64,000 nucleotides of DNA from Crocinitomicaceae bacterium (GCA_021740745.1 JAIOZF010000004.1:3879-67878), one strand, 5' to 3'. Counted from the stretch's first letter, positions 36,357-46,449 are shown. The notes: generated by a model from the sequence alone, not told the origin. Numbers and translations: made by a program.

Positions 36357-39300
36357 ATGAGAAATTTTTACAAGTTTCGAATAAGTTACTTAATGAGTTT
36401 TTTAGCCTTTATACTTTTAAGTATAGGTGCTAATTCTCAAGTGAGTGCTTATTCGTTTAGTGCCAGTACTGGTACGTTCACACCTGTAACTGGTGGCTCC
36501 GTTTTAGGAGTTGCTACAAATGATGATACAGGATTCAATGCCTTACCTATTGGTTTTACCTTTAGCTACAACGGGGCAAATTATACGCAATTTAGTGCGC
36601 AATCTAATGGATTTATTGCATTAGGAGCGGCTGTTGCAAGTAGTTACACTCCTTTAAGTACAGGTACATCGAATAATGTTATTGCTGCATTCGGTGATGA
36701 CCTTCAAGGGAATGCTACAACTGGAGAACTGCGTTATGAAACTATTGGTACTGCTCCAAATAGAACATTAGTAGTTCAATGGTCTAGTTACCGTAAATTT
36801 AATGCAACTGGTGATAATTATAATTTCCAGATTCGTTTGAGTGAAACTTCTAATACAATAGAAGTTCATTATGGTACTGTTTTAAACAATGCAACTTCAA
36901 ATACGGGGCATGTTGGTTTAAGAGGTGCATCAAATGCTGATTTTAACAATCGTACTACAACTACGAACTGGGCAGCAACAACTGCTGGTGTTGCAAACAA
37001 TGCAACGATGACTTTATCTGCTACAGTTTTCCCAGTAACTGGTACAATCTACCGTTGGGTAGCTCCTCCAGCGAACCCTGCTACTCCAGTACAAATTGGT
37101 GGTATACCAACGTGTGCAACTGGAGCTCAATTAGGATTTTTAAATAGTACTCTATCTTGTTCGGCTAGTGCAACAGCATCAGGATTTGATGATGCAGCGA
37201 CTACAGCAACTGTAACAGATTTTTCTTGTGCTGCTGGAACAATTACTTCAGCAACATTGGCTGCTTCAATTGGGGCAAACTGTCCAGCTTGGTATTATTA
37301 TAGTATTGTTGTAAATGGTGTAACCGTTGCAACTAATCAGTGTAATCAAACTGCATTTGATTTAACTCCATACCTTCCTTTGACTTCTGTATCTGTTGTT
37401 TCAGAAAACAACCCAGCGGATTCACAAGATAATATTACTATGAACCTTACTGTTAATTTAAATTACAGTGTTCCTTTTTCTTTACCTGCTGATGTAACAT
37501 ACTACTGGCAAGCATCTCCAACTGGAACAAGTCAATTGACTCCTCACGTTGATCCTTACAATGTATTTGCGAATGGAACTTATTACGTAAGAGCATACAA
37601 TAGCGTTACAGGAGCATGGTCAGTTGGATCTTCATCTGTTACGGTTACAAATTTCCCTCTTGCGGCAGCGCCACCAGCGCCACTTGCAACTGTGAATCCT
37701 TCATGTGCACCTGCTGGTTCTACTTTAACAGTTGCTGCGGCACCAGTTGGAGTTGAATACTACTGGCAAGGAACAACAGCGAATGGTACTTCAAATTTAG
37801 TTAACGCGTCAGCACCTTATGCTTATACAGCTTCAGGTACTTACCATGTTACTGCTTATGATTTAACATCACAATGTTGGTCTACTTCATCATCTGTAGC
37901 GGTTACAGTTGATAACATCATTCCTGCTGCGCCAGTTGTGAATCCTTCAACTTTTAATTTCTGTTCAGGTGCTTTAACAGCGCCAATAACTGCAGTAGTT
38001 CCAATTGAAATCGTTTCTGGAACATGTTCAGTTAACGCAATAGCTTCTGGAACAGAAGCAAGTGGTGTTACAGCTACAGTAAATAACTTCTCATGTGCTT
38101 TAGGTACTATTACAGGAGCAACTTTAAATGCTTCAATTGGTGCTAACTGTCCAGCATGGTATTTTTACAGTATCGTAGTAAATGGTGTTACTGTTGCTAC
38201 ACAACAATGTAATCAAACTGGATTCAATTTAACTCCATATTTACCATTAACATCTGTTTCTATTATTTCAGCTGATAACCCTGCTGATGGTCCAGGAGAT
38301 TTTGTTACGATGAACTTAACAGTGAATCTTTCTTATTCAGGTCCTTCAAGTCCACAGCCTTCTTACGCACTTTCATGGTATGATGCTTCAACAAATGGAA
38401 CTATGTTAGGTGCTGGTTCACCATTAGAAACATTAGGTACATCAGTTATGCCAACTGCAACAAGTGGTACTTACCAATATTATGTTGGAACTGTTTTAGG
38501 TGGATGTTCTAGTGCTACACGTGAAAATGTTACTGTTTTTGTATCTGATGTAAACGCTGTTATTACGCCAATTAACGTTACTTGTAATGGTGGTGATAAT
38601 GGATCATTCAGTGCAGGTGTAGCACAATGTGGTGTTGAACCATTTACATATTCAATTGACGGTGGTACTACATTTGGTGCTATCCCAACTGACTTGATTG
38701 CTGGTAACTATTCTGTAATTATTTTAGATGCTAACGGATTGTTAAGTTCTCCAATTGCAATTACAGTTGCTGAACCAGCTGCTCCTGCAAACTTGACTTT
38801 AGTAGATGCAAATTACTTTACAGCAGATGTTTCTTGGACAACTACAGGTAACGAAACATCTTGGGATGTTGAGTATGGTCCTGTTGGATTTACTCCAGGA
38901 ACAGGTACAGTTATCAATTCTTTGACAACTACCGCTACATTGACTAATTTACTAGCTGATACTGATTATGATTTCTATGTAACTGCAGTATGTGGTCCAA
39001 ATGCAACTACTGCTGGTCCTACTACAATCTCAACAAATGCTGGATTCTTGACATACGATAACGCATGTCCTGCTTCAGGTTTTGTAGACATTTCTGCAAC
39101 TGGAACAGACTTAAACTTGACAGACGACACAGAAGCTGGTATTACTTTACCTTTTAGTTTCTCTTACCAAAACCAAACAATCAATACAATGACTGTAGGT
39201 AATAATGGTGGTGTTGTATTAAATACTTTGGCTGGAAACGTTGGTTACGGTGGTGACATGACAACTTTAGCTTCTAATTTCTTATTCTTATGGGGTGATG

Positions 39301-41447
39301 ACTTAGATGATGAAACTGGTAATGTTTATTGGGAAGTTACAGGAACTGCCCCAAATCAAACATTGATTGTACAATGGGATAATATAAATAACTGGCCTAA
39401 TGGTGCTGGTGCTGTTACTTACCAACTTCAGATTGAAGAAGCTACAGGAATCATCTATTTTGTATATGATGATGTAGAATTTGGTGGTGGTGAAACAGCT
39501 GATGATTTTGCAGGAAATGCAGATATCGGTATTTCAGGTCCAACAACTGACATTAACGTATCAAACAACAACCAAACGTATTTGCAAAACAATACATGTG
39601 TTCGTTTCTACAACGCGCTTTGTCCAAATCCAGTTCTAACAACTGTTACTCCTTTACAAGAAGAAGTTACACTTGACTGGAATGCTGGTTTATATGGTGA
39701 AACAGAGTGGACATTGATTTATGGTCTTGCTGGATTTGATCCATTAACAGGTGGTACAACAATTACTGTTAACACTTCTGATGCGAACATCCCAGGTTTA
39801 TCTCAAATTACTGATTATGATGTTTACATCTATTCTGAGTGTTCATTAGACAACTTGACTTCAGGTGGTTTATTGGTATCTTTCTCTACTTTACCTTGGT
39901 GTGCTGATCCAATTACACTTGGTGGAACTACTGCAGTTGATTCATTGTTCTCTACATGGAACTTTGTACCTGCTGTTGGTGCTCCGCAAGCATTGTCTGG
40001 ATTCAACTTACATTACGGACCTTTTGGATTTGACTTGTATGCTGGAACAAATGAAGTTGCTACAGGATTAGATTATGCTGATACGGTTGCAAATGCAGCT
40101 TGGTTAGCTGGTGGTGTTTATCAAGTATATGTTCAAGCTGTTTGTGGTACTGATACTTCAAACTACTCTGGACCATTTACATTTGTAATGCCATTAACAA
40201 ACGATACAGTTTGCGGTGCTGAAATGCTACAAGTTGATGGTACTGTTTACACATTCAATAATACAGGTGCTACTGCAACTATTGGTGAAGCTGCGTTAAT
40301 TACAGGTTCTAATCCTGCTGGTTACAATGGTACAATTTTACCAATGATGGCTTGGGGTTCTCCAGCTATCGAAGGATCAAACTGGTATACTTTCGTTGCT
40401 CCTGCTTCAGGTTCAATGTGGTTTAGTGGTCAAGATGAAAACTTCTTCGGTTCGCAAATCGCTATCTACGAAGTTACTGACTGTGCTGATTTTGCAACAT
40501 TTAGTTTAGTTGCTGCATCAGATCAAACAACTCCAGACTTTGCATCGAAAGTTGCTCCTCATTTCACAGTTTGTGGATTAACACCGGGTGCTACTTACTA
40601 TGTATTACATGATGCATGGAGTAATGGTTTTGGTGGTCCAGCTAACTTTGGACAATACTCTATCAAAATGACTGAGATTGTTCTTCAAGCTGGTGCATTT
40701 GCTGACGTAATCAATACTTGTACAGGTTCAACCGTTAACTTATTCGACGGAATCGCTGGATATGACAATGGTGGTGTTTGGACAGCTGAAGTTCCAGCTG
40801 CTGGAACAGGAATCACTGATTCTCTTTGGAATTCAACTGGTTTAGCTTACCAAATGTTCAACTTTGAATACCGTGTAACTGAAGGTTGTGCTTACGATTC
40901 TATCGTTGCTCAAGTTGATGTTTATGAGCCTTCAAATGCTGGTGAAGATGGAGCAATCTCTGTTTGTCGTAACGAACCATATGATTTATTATCTGGTTTA
41001 AATGGAACAGCTGATTTAGGTGGTACTTGGTACAACCCATCTAACCAACCTTTAGCTTCATCGGCTGTTGTTTCTAGCAACATACCTGGACAATACAATT
41101 TCGTTTACATCGCTGGAAACGGAATTTGTCCTGATGATTCTGCTTTAGTATTGGTTAATGTTGATGCAACTTGTAACTACTTAAATGTAGATGAAATGTT
41201 CTTTGCAACTATGACTGTTATGCCTAACCCTTCTAACGGAGTGTTTAACGTAGCAAACACTGGTTCAACTGAAGTATTCAACTTCGAAGTTACAGATATG
41301 GAAGGTCGTATCGTTCTTGCAAAAGACGCTGCAATCAACGGTTCAACAACTACAGAAATCAATCTTACTGGAAAAGTTACTGGTATGTATATGATCCGCG
41401 TTTACAATGCTAACGCTGAGAAAACATTCCGCGTGATTCTTCAATAA
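36357..41447 (+). CDS. giant cell-surface protein with T9SS type A sorting domain (duplicated unknown modules, fn3, SprB-like repeat)
   Basis: Signal peptide MRNFYKFRISYLMSFLAFILLSIGANSQ. Two nidogen-like modules, two Cys-containing modules, three fn3-like domains (e.g. PANLTLVDANYFTADVSWTTTGNETSWDVEYGPVGF) and one SprB-like repeat. CTD VMPNPSNGVFNV...GMYMIRVYNANAEKTFRVILQ. ATG at 36357 is preferred; the track TTG at 36324 lies inside the -7 box. Confidence 0.8.
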   Translation: MRNFYKFRISYLMSFLAFILLSIGANSQVSAYSFSASTGTFTPVTGGSVLGVATNDDTGFNALPIGFTFSYNGANYTQFSAQSNGFIALGAAVASSYTPLSTGTSNNVIAAFGDDLQGNATTGELRYETIGTAPNRTLVVQWSSYRKFNATGDNYNFQIRLSETSNTIEVHYGTVLNNATSNTGHVGLRGASNADFNNRTTTTNWAATTAGVANNATMTLSATVFPVTGTIYRWVAPPANPATPVQIGGIPTCATGAQLGFLNSTLSCSASATASGFDDAATTATVTDFSCAAGTITSATLAASIGANCPAWYYYSIVVNGVTVATNQCNQTAFDLTPYLPLTSVSVVSENNPADSQDNITMNLTVNLNYSVPFSLPADVTYYWQASPTGTSQLTPHVDPYNVFANGTYYVRAYNSVTGAWSVGSSSVTVTNFPLAAAPPAPLATVNPSCAPAGSTLTVAAAPVGVEYYWQGTTANGTSNLVNASAPYAYTASGTYHVTAYDLTSQCWSTSSSVAVTVDNIIPAAPVVNPSTFNFCSGALTAPITAVVPIEIVSGTCSVNAIASGTEASGVTATVNNFSCALGTITGATLNASIGANCPAWYFYSIVVNGVTVATQQCNQTGFNLTPYLPLTSVSIISADNPADGPGDFVTMNLTVNLSYSGPSSPQPSYALSWYDASTNGTMLGAGSPLETLGTSVMPTATSGTYQYYVGTVLGGCSSATRENVTVFVSDVNAVITPINVTCNGGDNGSFSAGVAQCGVEPFTYSIDGGTTFGAIPTDLIAGNYSVIILDANGLLSSPIAITVAEPAAPANLTLVDANYFTADVSWTTTGNETSWDVEYGPVGFTPGTGTVINSLTTTATLTNLLADTDYDFYVTAVCGPNATTAGPTTISTNAGFLTYDNACPASGFVDISATGTDLNLTDDTEAGITLPFSFSYQNQTINTMTVGNNGGVVLNTLAGNVGYGGDMTTLASNFLFLWGDDLDDETGNVYWEVTGTAPNQTLIVQWDNINNWPNGAGAVTYQLQIEEATGIIYFVYDDVEFGGGETADDFAGNADIGISGPTTDINVSNNNQTYLQNNTCVRFYNALCPNPVLTTVTPLQEEVTLDWNAGLYGETEWTLIYGLAGFDPLTGGTTITVNTSDANIPGLSQITDYDVYIYSECSLDNLTSGGLLVSFSTLPWCADPITLGGTTAVDSLFSTWNFVPAVGAPQALSGFNLHYGPFGFDLYAGTNEVATGLDYADTVANAAWLAGGVYQVYVQAVCGTDTSNYSGPFTFVMPLTNDTVCGAEMLQVDGTVYTFNNTGATATIGEAALITGSNPAGYNGTILPMMAWGSPAIEGSNWYTFVAPASGSMWFSGQDENFFGSQIAIYEVTDCADFATFSLVAASDQTTPDFASKVAPHFTVCGLTPGATYYVLHDAWSNGFGGPANFGQYSIKMTEIVLQAGAFADVINTCTGSTVNLFDGIAGYDNGGVWTAEVPAAGTGITDSLWNSTGLAYQMFNFEYRVTEGCAYDSIVAQVDVYEPSNAGEDGAISVCRNEPYDLLSGLNGTADLGGTWYNPSNQPLASSAVVSSNIPGQYNFVYIAGNGICPDDSALVLVNVDATCNYLNVDEMFFATMTVMPNPSNGVFNVANTGSTEVFNFEVTDMEGRIVLAKDAAINGSTTTEINLTGKVTGMYMIRVYNANAEKTFRVILQ
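36447..36880 (+). repeat. nidogen-like module, copy 1 (pairs with 39054-39480)
   Basis: DDTGFNALPIGFTFSYNGANYTQFSAQSNGFIAL...FGDDLQGNATTGELRYETIGTAPNRTLVVQWSSY...NFQIRLSETSNTIEVHYG aligns with copy 2. Confidence 0.55.
37113..37469 (+). repeat. Cys-containing module of unknown function, copy 1 (pairs with 38016-38339)
   Basis: TVTDFSCAAGTITSATLAASIGANCPAWYYYSIVVNGVTVATNQCNQTAFDLTPYLPLTSVSVVSENNPADSQDNITMNLTVNLNYS. Confidence 0.7.
38016..38339 (+). repeat. Cys-containing module of unknown function, copy 2
   Basis: TVNNFSCALGTITGATLNASIGANCPAWYFYSIVVNGVTVATQQCNQTGFNLTPYLPLTSVSIISADNPADGPGDFVTMNLTVNLSYS. By eye about 70% identical to copy 1. Confidence 0.7.
39054..39480 (+). repeat. nidogen-like module, copy 2
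   Basis: DDTEAGITLPFSFSYQNQTINTMTVGNNGGVVL...WGDDLDDETGNVYWEVTGTAPNQTLIVQWDNI...TYQLQIEEATGIIYFVYD. Confidence 0.55.
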
Positions 41448-41464
41448 GATTCATCTGAATATTG

Positions 41465-41496
41465 AAAAGGGAAGTCGAAAGGCTTCCCTTTTTTGT
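41465..41496 (+). terminator. rho-independent terminator after the 1,696-aa surface protein gene
   Basis: 10-bp stem AAAAGGGAAG/CTTCCCTTTT with an 8-nt loop, then a T-run. Begins 18 nt after the stop. Confidence 0.8.
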
Positions 41497-41562
41497 TTGT
41501 GGAATTTTTAACAAACCTGAAAAGATATTTAAAAGCTTAGTACCTTAGCAAAAAATCAGATT

Positions 41563-42087
41563 ATGTTAGCTCCTTTTAATTTACAGAAGTGGATAGATGA
41601 GAACAGAGACTTGTTGAAACCACCGGTTGGAAACAAAAACCTTTACAAAGAGGCAGGTGATTTTATCGTTATGATTGTTGGTGGTCCCAATGCTCGTAAA
41701 GATTATCATTACAACGAGAGTGAAGAATTATTTTATCAAATCGAGGGTGATGCTCTAGTGCGCATTCAAGAAGATGGTAAAGCAAAGGATATCGTGATAA
41801 AAGAAGGTGAGATGTTTCTTCTTCCAGGAAATACGCCACACTCACCTATTCGCAGTGCTAATACCGTTGGTTTAGTGATTGAAAAAGTGCGCAAAGGAAC
41901 GGATATGATTGATGGTCTAATGTGGTTCTGCGATGAATGCAATCACAAACTACATGAATTTCGTTTTCCGCTCTCCAATATTGAGAATGATTTTCAACCA
42001 AGATTTAAAGAATATTATAGCTCTTTAGAACTAAGAACATGTGACAATTGTGGTAATGTTATGGAAATAGACGAAAGATTCATTTAA
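41563..42087 (+). CDS. 3-hydroxyanthranilate 3,4-dioxygenase
   Basis: 174 aa cupin (LKPPVGNKNLY...DYHYNESEELFYQIEGD...PGNTPHSPIR). C-terminal Cys4 rubredoxin-like site (CDECNHKL...CDNCG). Confidence 0.88.
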   Translation: MLAPFNLQKWIDENRDLLKPPVGNKNLYKEAGDFIVMIVGGPNARKDYHYNESEELFYQIEGDALVRIQEDGKAKDIVIKEGEMFLLPGNTPHSPIRSANTVGLVIEKVRKGTDMIDGLMWFCDECNHKLHEFRFPLSNIENDFQPRFKEYYSSLELRTCDNCGNVMEIDERFI

Positions 42088-42100
42088 ACGATTGATATTA

Positions 42101-42127
42101 AAGCCTGAGACTACTCAGGCTTTTTCT
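42101..42127 (+). terminator. rho-independent terminator after the 3-hydroxyanthranilate dioxygenase gene
   Basis: 9-bp stem AAGCCTGAG/CTCAGGCTT, loop ACTA, then TTTTTC. Confidence 0.8.
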
Positions 42128-42362
42128 TTTTATATAATTACCGCTAATATTTAAGCGCATAATTTCAAAAAGAAATAATGCTCTGTACTCTTTAACACAG
42201 CGCATTCAATGATACCTATCCAAAAGACTTTTACTTTAAATGAAAATTAATTAGAACTATACAAAGTAATTCATTCATGGTATGTATAACAAAGTCACTA
42301 AAACCAAAAGAAGAACGAACCCTTGAAAAGATAAATTACTTTAAGCAGAGAAGGCAATGAAA

Positions 42363-45300
42363 TTAACGTAGTAAGTTAACATGACCAGTCAACACATACT
42401 CATTGAAACTATAGTCGTAATACCTCAGCTTCCAAACATAAGTTCCATCTTGGCACTTAACATCTTTAAAAGTTCCATCCCAATAATCATCGAAAGAGGT
42501 AATTGTATATAGTAATTCTCCCCAACGATTATAAATAGTCAACTCAAAACTTTCTAAATTACCACCTATAACACTAAATCCATTATTAAATTCGTCGCCA
42601 TCACCAGGTGTAAATGTATTGGGAATATACACAAATGGATCATATGATACTAGTACATCATCAGATGCCGAACACCCATTAGCATCAGTATAAGTAACCG
42701 TAAAAATCATATTTTGATTAGGCGATGTTGTAGGACTCTGGCACGTAACACAACTCAAAAATTCGACCGGAGACCACACATACGATCCAGAAGTTGTGCT
42801 TGTTGCAGATAATTGAACAAGATCGCCATACATAGCTTGCACGTCTGGTGATGTTTGAATGAATGGCTGAGGAAAAAGGTCGACTTGAACATAAGCTGTA
42901 TCAATGCAACCAAACTGATCAACTCCAATAACACCATATTGGGTGTTCACCAAAGGTCTAACATTAATATTCGCACTAAATGGCGAATTCAATATAGTTA
43001 ACTGCGGATACCATGTATATGTAATTCCCCCACTCGCCCACAAATTTGCAATTTCACCAGGGCAAATAATTGTATCATTTCCAGCTTGAATATTCGCCTG
43101 AACAATATTTATAAGCACACTGTCCCTCAAGGTACCACAAGCATTTGTAAAATCACAATAATAGGTCATGTTAGCAGTTGGACTTACTACAACGGTTGGA
43201 CCAATTACTGTATTAATCAACATATTGGGACTCCACAAGTACGTTTCTGCGCCAGAAACTGTTATCGTAGCGGCGGATCCTAAACACAATTCAATTTGAT
43301 CAGGTATAATCGGTATGGGAGGGTCATAATAAACATCTACCCTTACCGAATCGAAATAAGTGCATCCATCAACTGAGGTAGCTTCAACGAAATAAGTTGT
43401 TGAGACCGTTGGCGTGGCAATTGGCGATTGCACCGTAGCATTATTAAGTGTTGCACTTGGTGTCCAAGCAAAAGTTGCACCATCTGAAATCCATATAGGA
43501 GTCGAATTACCAATACAAATTGAGGTATCATTGGCCATGACGGGATTAAAGGGCAAGACAGGCACCGTAACCTGAAGTGTGTCTGAGCCGCAACTATCGG
43601 AAACAATAACAGTAAAAGTTGTAGTAACGTCTAATACTGCCGTTGGCGTTGGACTCGTTGGATCATCCAATAAATTCACAGGTGTCCATGAATAAACTGA
43701 ACCTCCAAATGCTTCAAGCTGAAAGGCATCGCCAGGACAAATGGCACCATTTGGTTGGACTATTCCTCCTTGAAAGTCACCGATATTTAAATCGAACACT
43801 ACGGAATCAGGAGAAAAGCATCCATTCGAATCAGTAACTACCAAGGTCACAGTATAATCTCCGGGACCGGCATAAAAGTGAGTTGGATTTACCTCTGTAG
43901 ATGTTGTATTATCGCCAAAATTCCAAAAGAAGGTATTGCCATTTGCACTATTATTAGCAAAAACAACCGGATCTGGCATACAAATTAAGGGTTCTGGTTC
44001 GGCAACAATTGCATCAATTGTGCTTAATTCAAACTTAAATGCTGCCAAATTACAATTTGGACTTGGATTATTTGGTGACCATACTCCGGGAGTACTTGTA
44101 AATCCAAAATCATTACCACCACACGCTCCACATACAGCGTGGTATATTCGTCCAGACTTATCAAAACGACTTGTTCCACCGTCAACATGGTTACTACTGC
44201 TTGTAACGCCACCCATATATGTTGCATATTTCAACATTGATGCATCCTGATCAAGAACGGCAATATAGAAATTACTCCCATTAGTATTCGGTTGAAAGGC
44301 ATCAACTGTGACTTCAAAACCATTCGTTGAGGAATTAATAGCTTGACTTACGGTAGAATTTGCATTTAACACACCACCCCAACCAGAAAGATATATATCG
44401 TAACAATCAGATACCAAAAATGCAGTTGGAGAAATTTCTACATTTCCAGATCCAGAACCTATCATTGTGGTCCACTCTATCGCTGTTAATCCTGCATTAT
44501 ACTTCTGAATAAACTGTCCAGAGTTTGCTGTTCCATATTTTCCAGGTGTTATCGGCCATGCGGTCTGAGTTTGACCAAAAACATACACTTTGTCATCAAT
44601 ATCCAATTGCACAAAATAGGCCTGATCATATTCATTGAATCCCATGTAGGTTCCTGAAATAAATGAGCCATTCGTACCATTCAATTGTGCAACATATCCA
44701 TCTGCCAATCCACCATTTGCGCTTAAATCAAGTCCATTCGTAATTGGAAGATTATTTGAAGTTGTTCCACCAGTAAAATAGACATTACCATTACTAGCCA
44801 ATTGCAATGCATTTCCAGTTTCATTTCCAGTACCCCCAAAAAAGGTACTCCATGTTAACGAACTCAGCGTACCTGGCATTTTAAAAACAACTGCATCTTG
44901 TGTTCCAGCAATTCCACCTTGCATTCCTCCAACCACTGGGAAATTACCTGAATATGTTGAAGAAGCGACATAAACATTTAATGCCGCATCGACTACTATT
45001 TCGCCTCTAAACTGATCCCCATAATTGTATTGTAACATATCTCGATTCAATCCATCGATATTTGAACCGCCAATATATGTAGATGCAATTAAACTAGTCC
45101 CTGTAGCATTTAAACGCGCCACATAAATATCTGAACCAACAAAATTCAACGAATTTTCATCTGCCGTGGGTCCACCGTTAAAAGATGGATCATAAGGAGT
45201 TCCAGCCATTGGAAAATTAGGTGAGGACGTAACACCATAGATAAACAAATCGCCATTAGGGGCTGAAATTATACTTTGAGGGGTCTCATTTCCGTTGCCT

Positions 45301-46253
45301 CCAATATAGGTAGAGTAGATTAAAGCTGTTCCGTTCGCATTAAATTTTGTAATTCCGATATCTATCGGGAAAGAACCCGTACCGCCATTAAACGACAAAT
45401 CAAATGCTCCTGAAGTTAATGGATATCCTGTTCCAAATACAATCCCACCTCCGAATAAATTTCCATCTACATCTGGAGCAGCTGTAAATCCCCAATTGTC
45501 TACAATTGACCCGGTAAAGGAGGAAAACGTTAGACTTGGATCAATTACTAATTCAGCTGTTTCATCAAAACCATTCGGGAATTCAAATGAAACAATATTG
45601 TTTTGAATCGAAAAATGGCACATGACTGCTTTTTTCTTGCCTTCTTTGATTGTCCATGCAACTGGTGCACTTTCTTGAATTTCACCAAAACGATTATTGA
45701 TATGCAATCGTCCTTCGTTATCGATCCAAATTTTATCAGAACCTGTGAACTCAATTTGTATTGCAGACGGTGAATGACCGGGCGCAACCAAATAGCTGTA
45801 TTTAAGCTGTTTGTCTTTTCCCTCTAAGACTAAATCAATCCCTGGATACAAATTTTGCATAGCAATATGCGAATACCCGTAAACCTTTGATTTCCATTTA
45901 GCTTGGTTATTACCTAGGAAGTAGTTACTGTAGTGACTAGATGAGTCTTTCACAAATGCTTTTCCTTGCCAATTGGAACCTAAAAACTTAGATTTTATAA
46001 CATGTGCATGAATTAATTCATCATCCTGGTGATCTTCTTCCCCTTCATGTTTATGACCCACTTTTGAACGGATATCAGACAGACTGAAGGTGAAGCCGTC
46101 TTTTTCAATGATCATATTGCCGTTGACTAATTCAACATTGTATACAATACGCTCATCCCATTGACCTTTATTGGGAATCATCCATACCTCTTGAGCCTGC
46201 AAAGTATTAGCACAAAGCAGGACAAACAAAAATATGTATTTCAAAACATTCAT
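42363..46253 (-). CDS. T9SS type B sorting-domain protein: N-terminal conserved domain, SBBP-like beta-propeller, PKD, Ig-like repeats
   Basis: Signal peptide, then repeated STYIGG.G.E....I....G.L(F/Y)..G.T.S.NFP propeller blades. PKD (WNFGDNTTS...GDYTVTLVVTDSNGC) and several Ig-like modules. CTD YIPNTFTPGDGDEFNNGF...YNRWGELLY...WDGTFK...GTYVWKL...GHVNLLR. Confidence 0.8.
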   Translation of the reverse strand: MNVLKYIFLFVLLCANTLQAQEVWMIPNKGQWDERIVYNVELVNGNMIIEKDGFTFSLSDIRSKVGHKHEGEEDHQDDELIHAHVIKSKFLGSNWQGKAFVKDSSSHYSNYFLGNNQAKWKSKVYGYSHIAMQNLYPGIDLVLEGKDKQLKYSYLVAPGHSPSAIQIEFTGSDKIWIDNEGRLHINNRFGEIQESAPVAWTIKEGKKKAVMCHFSIQNNIVSFEFPNGFDETAELVIDPSLTFSSFTGSIVDNWGFTAAPDVDGNLFGGGIVFGTGYPLTSGAFDLSFNGGTGSFPIDIGITKFNANGTALIYSTYIGGNGNETPQSIISAPNGDLFIYGVTSSPNFPMAGTPYDPSFNGGPTADENSLNFVGSDIYVARLNATGTSLIASTYIGGSNIDGLNRDMLQYNYGDQFRGEIVVDAALNVYVASSTYSGNFPVVGGMQGGIAGTQDAVVFKMPGTLSSLTWSTFFGGTGNETGNALQLASNGNVYFTGGTTSNNLPITNGLDLSANGGLADGYVAQLNGTNGSFISGTYMGFNEYDQAYFVQLDIDDKVYVFGQTQTAWPITPGKYGTANSGQFIQKYNAGLTAIEWTTMIGSGSGNVEISPTAFLVSDCYDIYLSGWGGVLNANSTVSQAINSSTNGFEVTVDAFQPNTNGSNFYIAVLDQDASMLKYATYMGGVTSSSNHVDGGTSRFDKSGRIYHAVCGACGGNDFGFTSTPGVWSPNNPSPNCNLAAFKFELSTIDAIVAEPEPLICMPDPVVFANNSANGNTFFWNFGDNTTSTEVNPTHFYAGPGDYTVTLVVTDSNGCFSPDSVVFDLNIGDFQGGIVQPNGAICPGDAFQLEAFGGSVYSWTPVNLLDDPTSPTPTAVLDVTTTFTVIVSDSCGSDTLQVTVPVLPFNPVMANDTSICIGNSTPIWISDGATFAWTPSATLNNATVQSPIATPTVSTTYFVEATSVDGCTYFDSVRVDVYYDPPIPIIPDQIELCLGSAATITVSGAETYLWSPNMLINTVIGPTVVVSPTANMTYYCDFTNACGTLRDSVLINIVQANIQAGNDTIICPGEIANLWASGGITYTWYPQLTILNSPFSANINVRPLVNTQYGVIGVDQFGCIDTAYVQVDLFPQPFIQTSPDVQAMYGDLVQLSATSTTSGSYVWSPVEFLSCVTCQSPTTSPNQNMIFTVTYTDANGCSASDDVLVSYDPFVYIPNTFTPGDGDEFNNGFSVIGGNLESFELTIYNRWGELLYTITSFDDYWDGTFKDVKCQDGTYVWKLRYYDYSFNEYVLTGHVNLLR

Positions 46254-46419
46254 TCAGGTCGAATTTACAACATTTCAATCAAAACCAAGCTACTGAAAAA
46301 TCAATATAATAGCTCGTTGACATGCTGTTTTACATCTTAAACTCTTTTAAACTCAAATTGGTTGCTTTTTAGTGGATAAATATTCACATTTTTTTCACTT
46401 AATCGGTTCAATAAAAACG

Positions 46420-46427
46420 TAACTTTG
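46420..46427 (+). promoter_or_regulatory. -7 box TAACTTTG upstream of purF
   Basis: Exact match, 22 nt before the ATG at 46450. Confidence 0.5.
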
Positions 46428-46449
46428 CACCTCAATTCTTCTATCGTCG

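Noticed and set aside
42177-42206. Imperfect 10-bp hairpin (AATGCTCTGT / ACAGCGCATT) with a downstream T-rich stretch on the minus strand, as a possible terminator or small RNA in the 276-nt spacer after the 42363-46253 gene. I also looked for tRNA-like structure in this spacer and the other long spacers (46254-46449, 36164-36356, 22247-22420).
   Set aside because: The hairpin has one mismatch, a large loop and a weak T-run, and it sits about 160 nt from the stop. I found no cloverleaf-compatible sequence, conserved tRNA boxes or other recognisable RNA motif in any of these spacers.
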